A stretch of DNA of 32,000 bases, taken from contig NZ_LT549890.1 of NCBI RefSeq assembly GCF_900079115.1, positions 540,001-572,000 of the forward strand, in the 5' to 3' direction. Shown here in pieces: positions 31,346 to 32,000 of this stretch (positions within the stretch are counted from its first letter, which is position 1; every line of letters begins with the position of its first letter). This DNA comes from Saccharolobus solfataricus. Lineage in GTDB: Archaea > Thermoproteota > Thermoprotei_A > Sulfolobales > Sulfolobaceae. A model generated the notes under the pieces. It did not search any database. It saw nothing but the letters and a program-made list of their open reading frames with translations, and was not told the DNA's origin. Made by a program: the position numbers and the translations under genes.

Positions 31346-32000
31346 TTTAATTATTATTATACTTAAAAGTATTAACATTAGGTAAATATTTGAAAATATG
31401 AAGGATTTCATTGCTTCTTCCTTGGTTGGATTAAGTATTAACCTATAAGAAAGAAACAATAATAATGCACTTAAAACAGAAAACACTATAAGCGCTATAA
31501 GGCTAATGTAGTATCCCATCAAAAGTACAATAGGAATCATTAAGGCATTAGAAGTTGCTATTGCCCTTGCAGAAGTAGTTATACCGACCACAGCAGGTAA
31601 CATTGGATAATGAGCGTTAATGTAATCCTCTCTATATTTTAGTGCCAACGACCAGAAATGGCCTGGAGTCCACATAAATATTAGAAAACCTAAAAGAAAT
31701 GCTTCTAAAGTTAAAGAATTAGTTAAAGACGTATAACCAGCCCAAGCTGCAGCACTACCAGCAAATCCACCTATTACTATGTTTAGCCATGTCCTAGGTT
31801 TCAATAGGATCGTATATACGAATACATATATTATTACCCCTAGTGCTATAAAGAAAGCAGTTAAAGCGTTATCTATAAAACCTAATGCTGTACCTAAAAC
31901 TGCTAGAAGTGAGCCCACTACTATAACTTCTTTCCTACTGACATAGCCAACTACTGTAGGTCTATTTGATGTTCTAGACATTACTTTGTCTCTATTTATT
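31337..32000 (-). CDS. ctaB: Protoheme IX farnesyltransferase (heme O synthase, UbiA family), C-terminal part. The gene continues past the right edge.
   Basis: The frame stays open upstream of the tracked Met (…[14 protein letters not shown]), matching the conserved UbiA/CtaB D-x-x-M-x-RT-x-x-RP region. Downstream it reads [11 protein letters not shown]. Confidence 0.85.

Overview
AT-rich (~35% GC by eye), densely packed archaeal window with short or overlapping gene junctions and TATA-like boxes 24-30 nt upstream of start codons. This is typical of Sulfolobales. Gene order and protein sequences match my recollection of the Saccharolobus solfataricus / Sulfolobus islandicus pyrB|pyrE-pyrF neighbourhood; this is not verified here. 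Content is mostly core metabolism. (1) Divergent pyrimidine genes: pyrB (partial) <-> pyrE-pyrF. (2) A minus-strand string: ArsR-like wHTH, ESCRT-III/Snf7-like paralogue, AbrB-PhoU regulator. (3) A tRNA-related group: Taw3, QueE, Nog1-type GTPase, Trbp111-like tRNA-binding protein. (4) An 8.7-kb purine operon purC-S-Q-L-F-F'-D-M with overlapping junctions. (5) A short regulatory-looking spacer encoding an HTH/C2H2-like protein and an untracked 45-aa ribbon-helix-helix ORF. (6) A 7.6-kb arginine/carbamoyl-phosphate operon argG-argH-carA-carB plus a LysX/ArgX-type ATP-grasp ligase. (7) Mixed genes: translin-like, 3-hydroxyacyl-CoA dehydrogenase, cupin, VIT1-like, adenosine-kinase-family, DUF309, AmmeMemoRadiSam radical SAM enzyme, crotonase and heme O synthase (partial). 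I see no CRISPR array, tRNA/rRNA, IS element or obvious defence island, and no large undescribed system. The points worth follow-up are small-scale. They are a start-less open frame behind an A6T run at the pyrF junction (possible -1 frameshift), a PurF paralogue lacking the catalytic Cys1, a 19-nt exact repeat with an internal inverted repeat bracketing the argG start next to the small RHH gene, an 18-bp perfect palindrome in front of the AbrB-PhoU gene, and a candidate C/D box sRNA.
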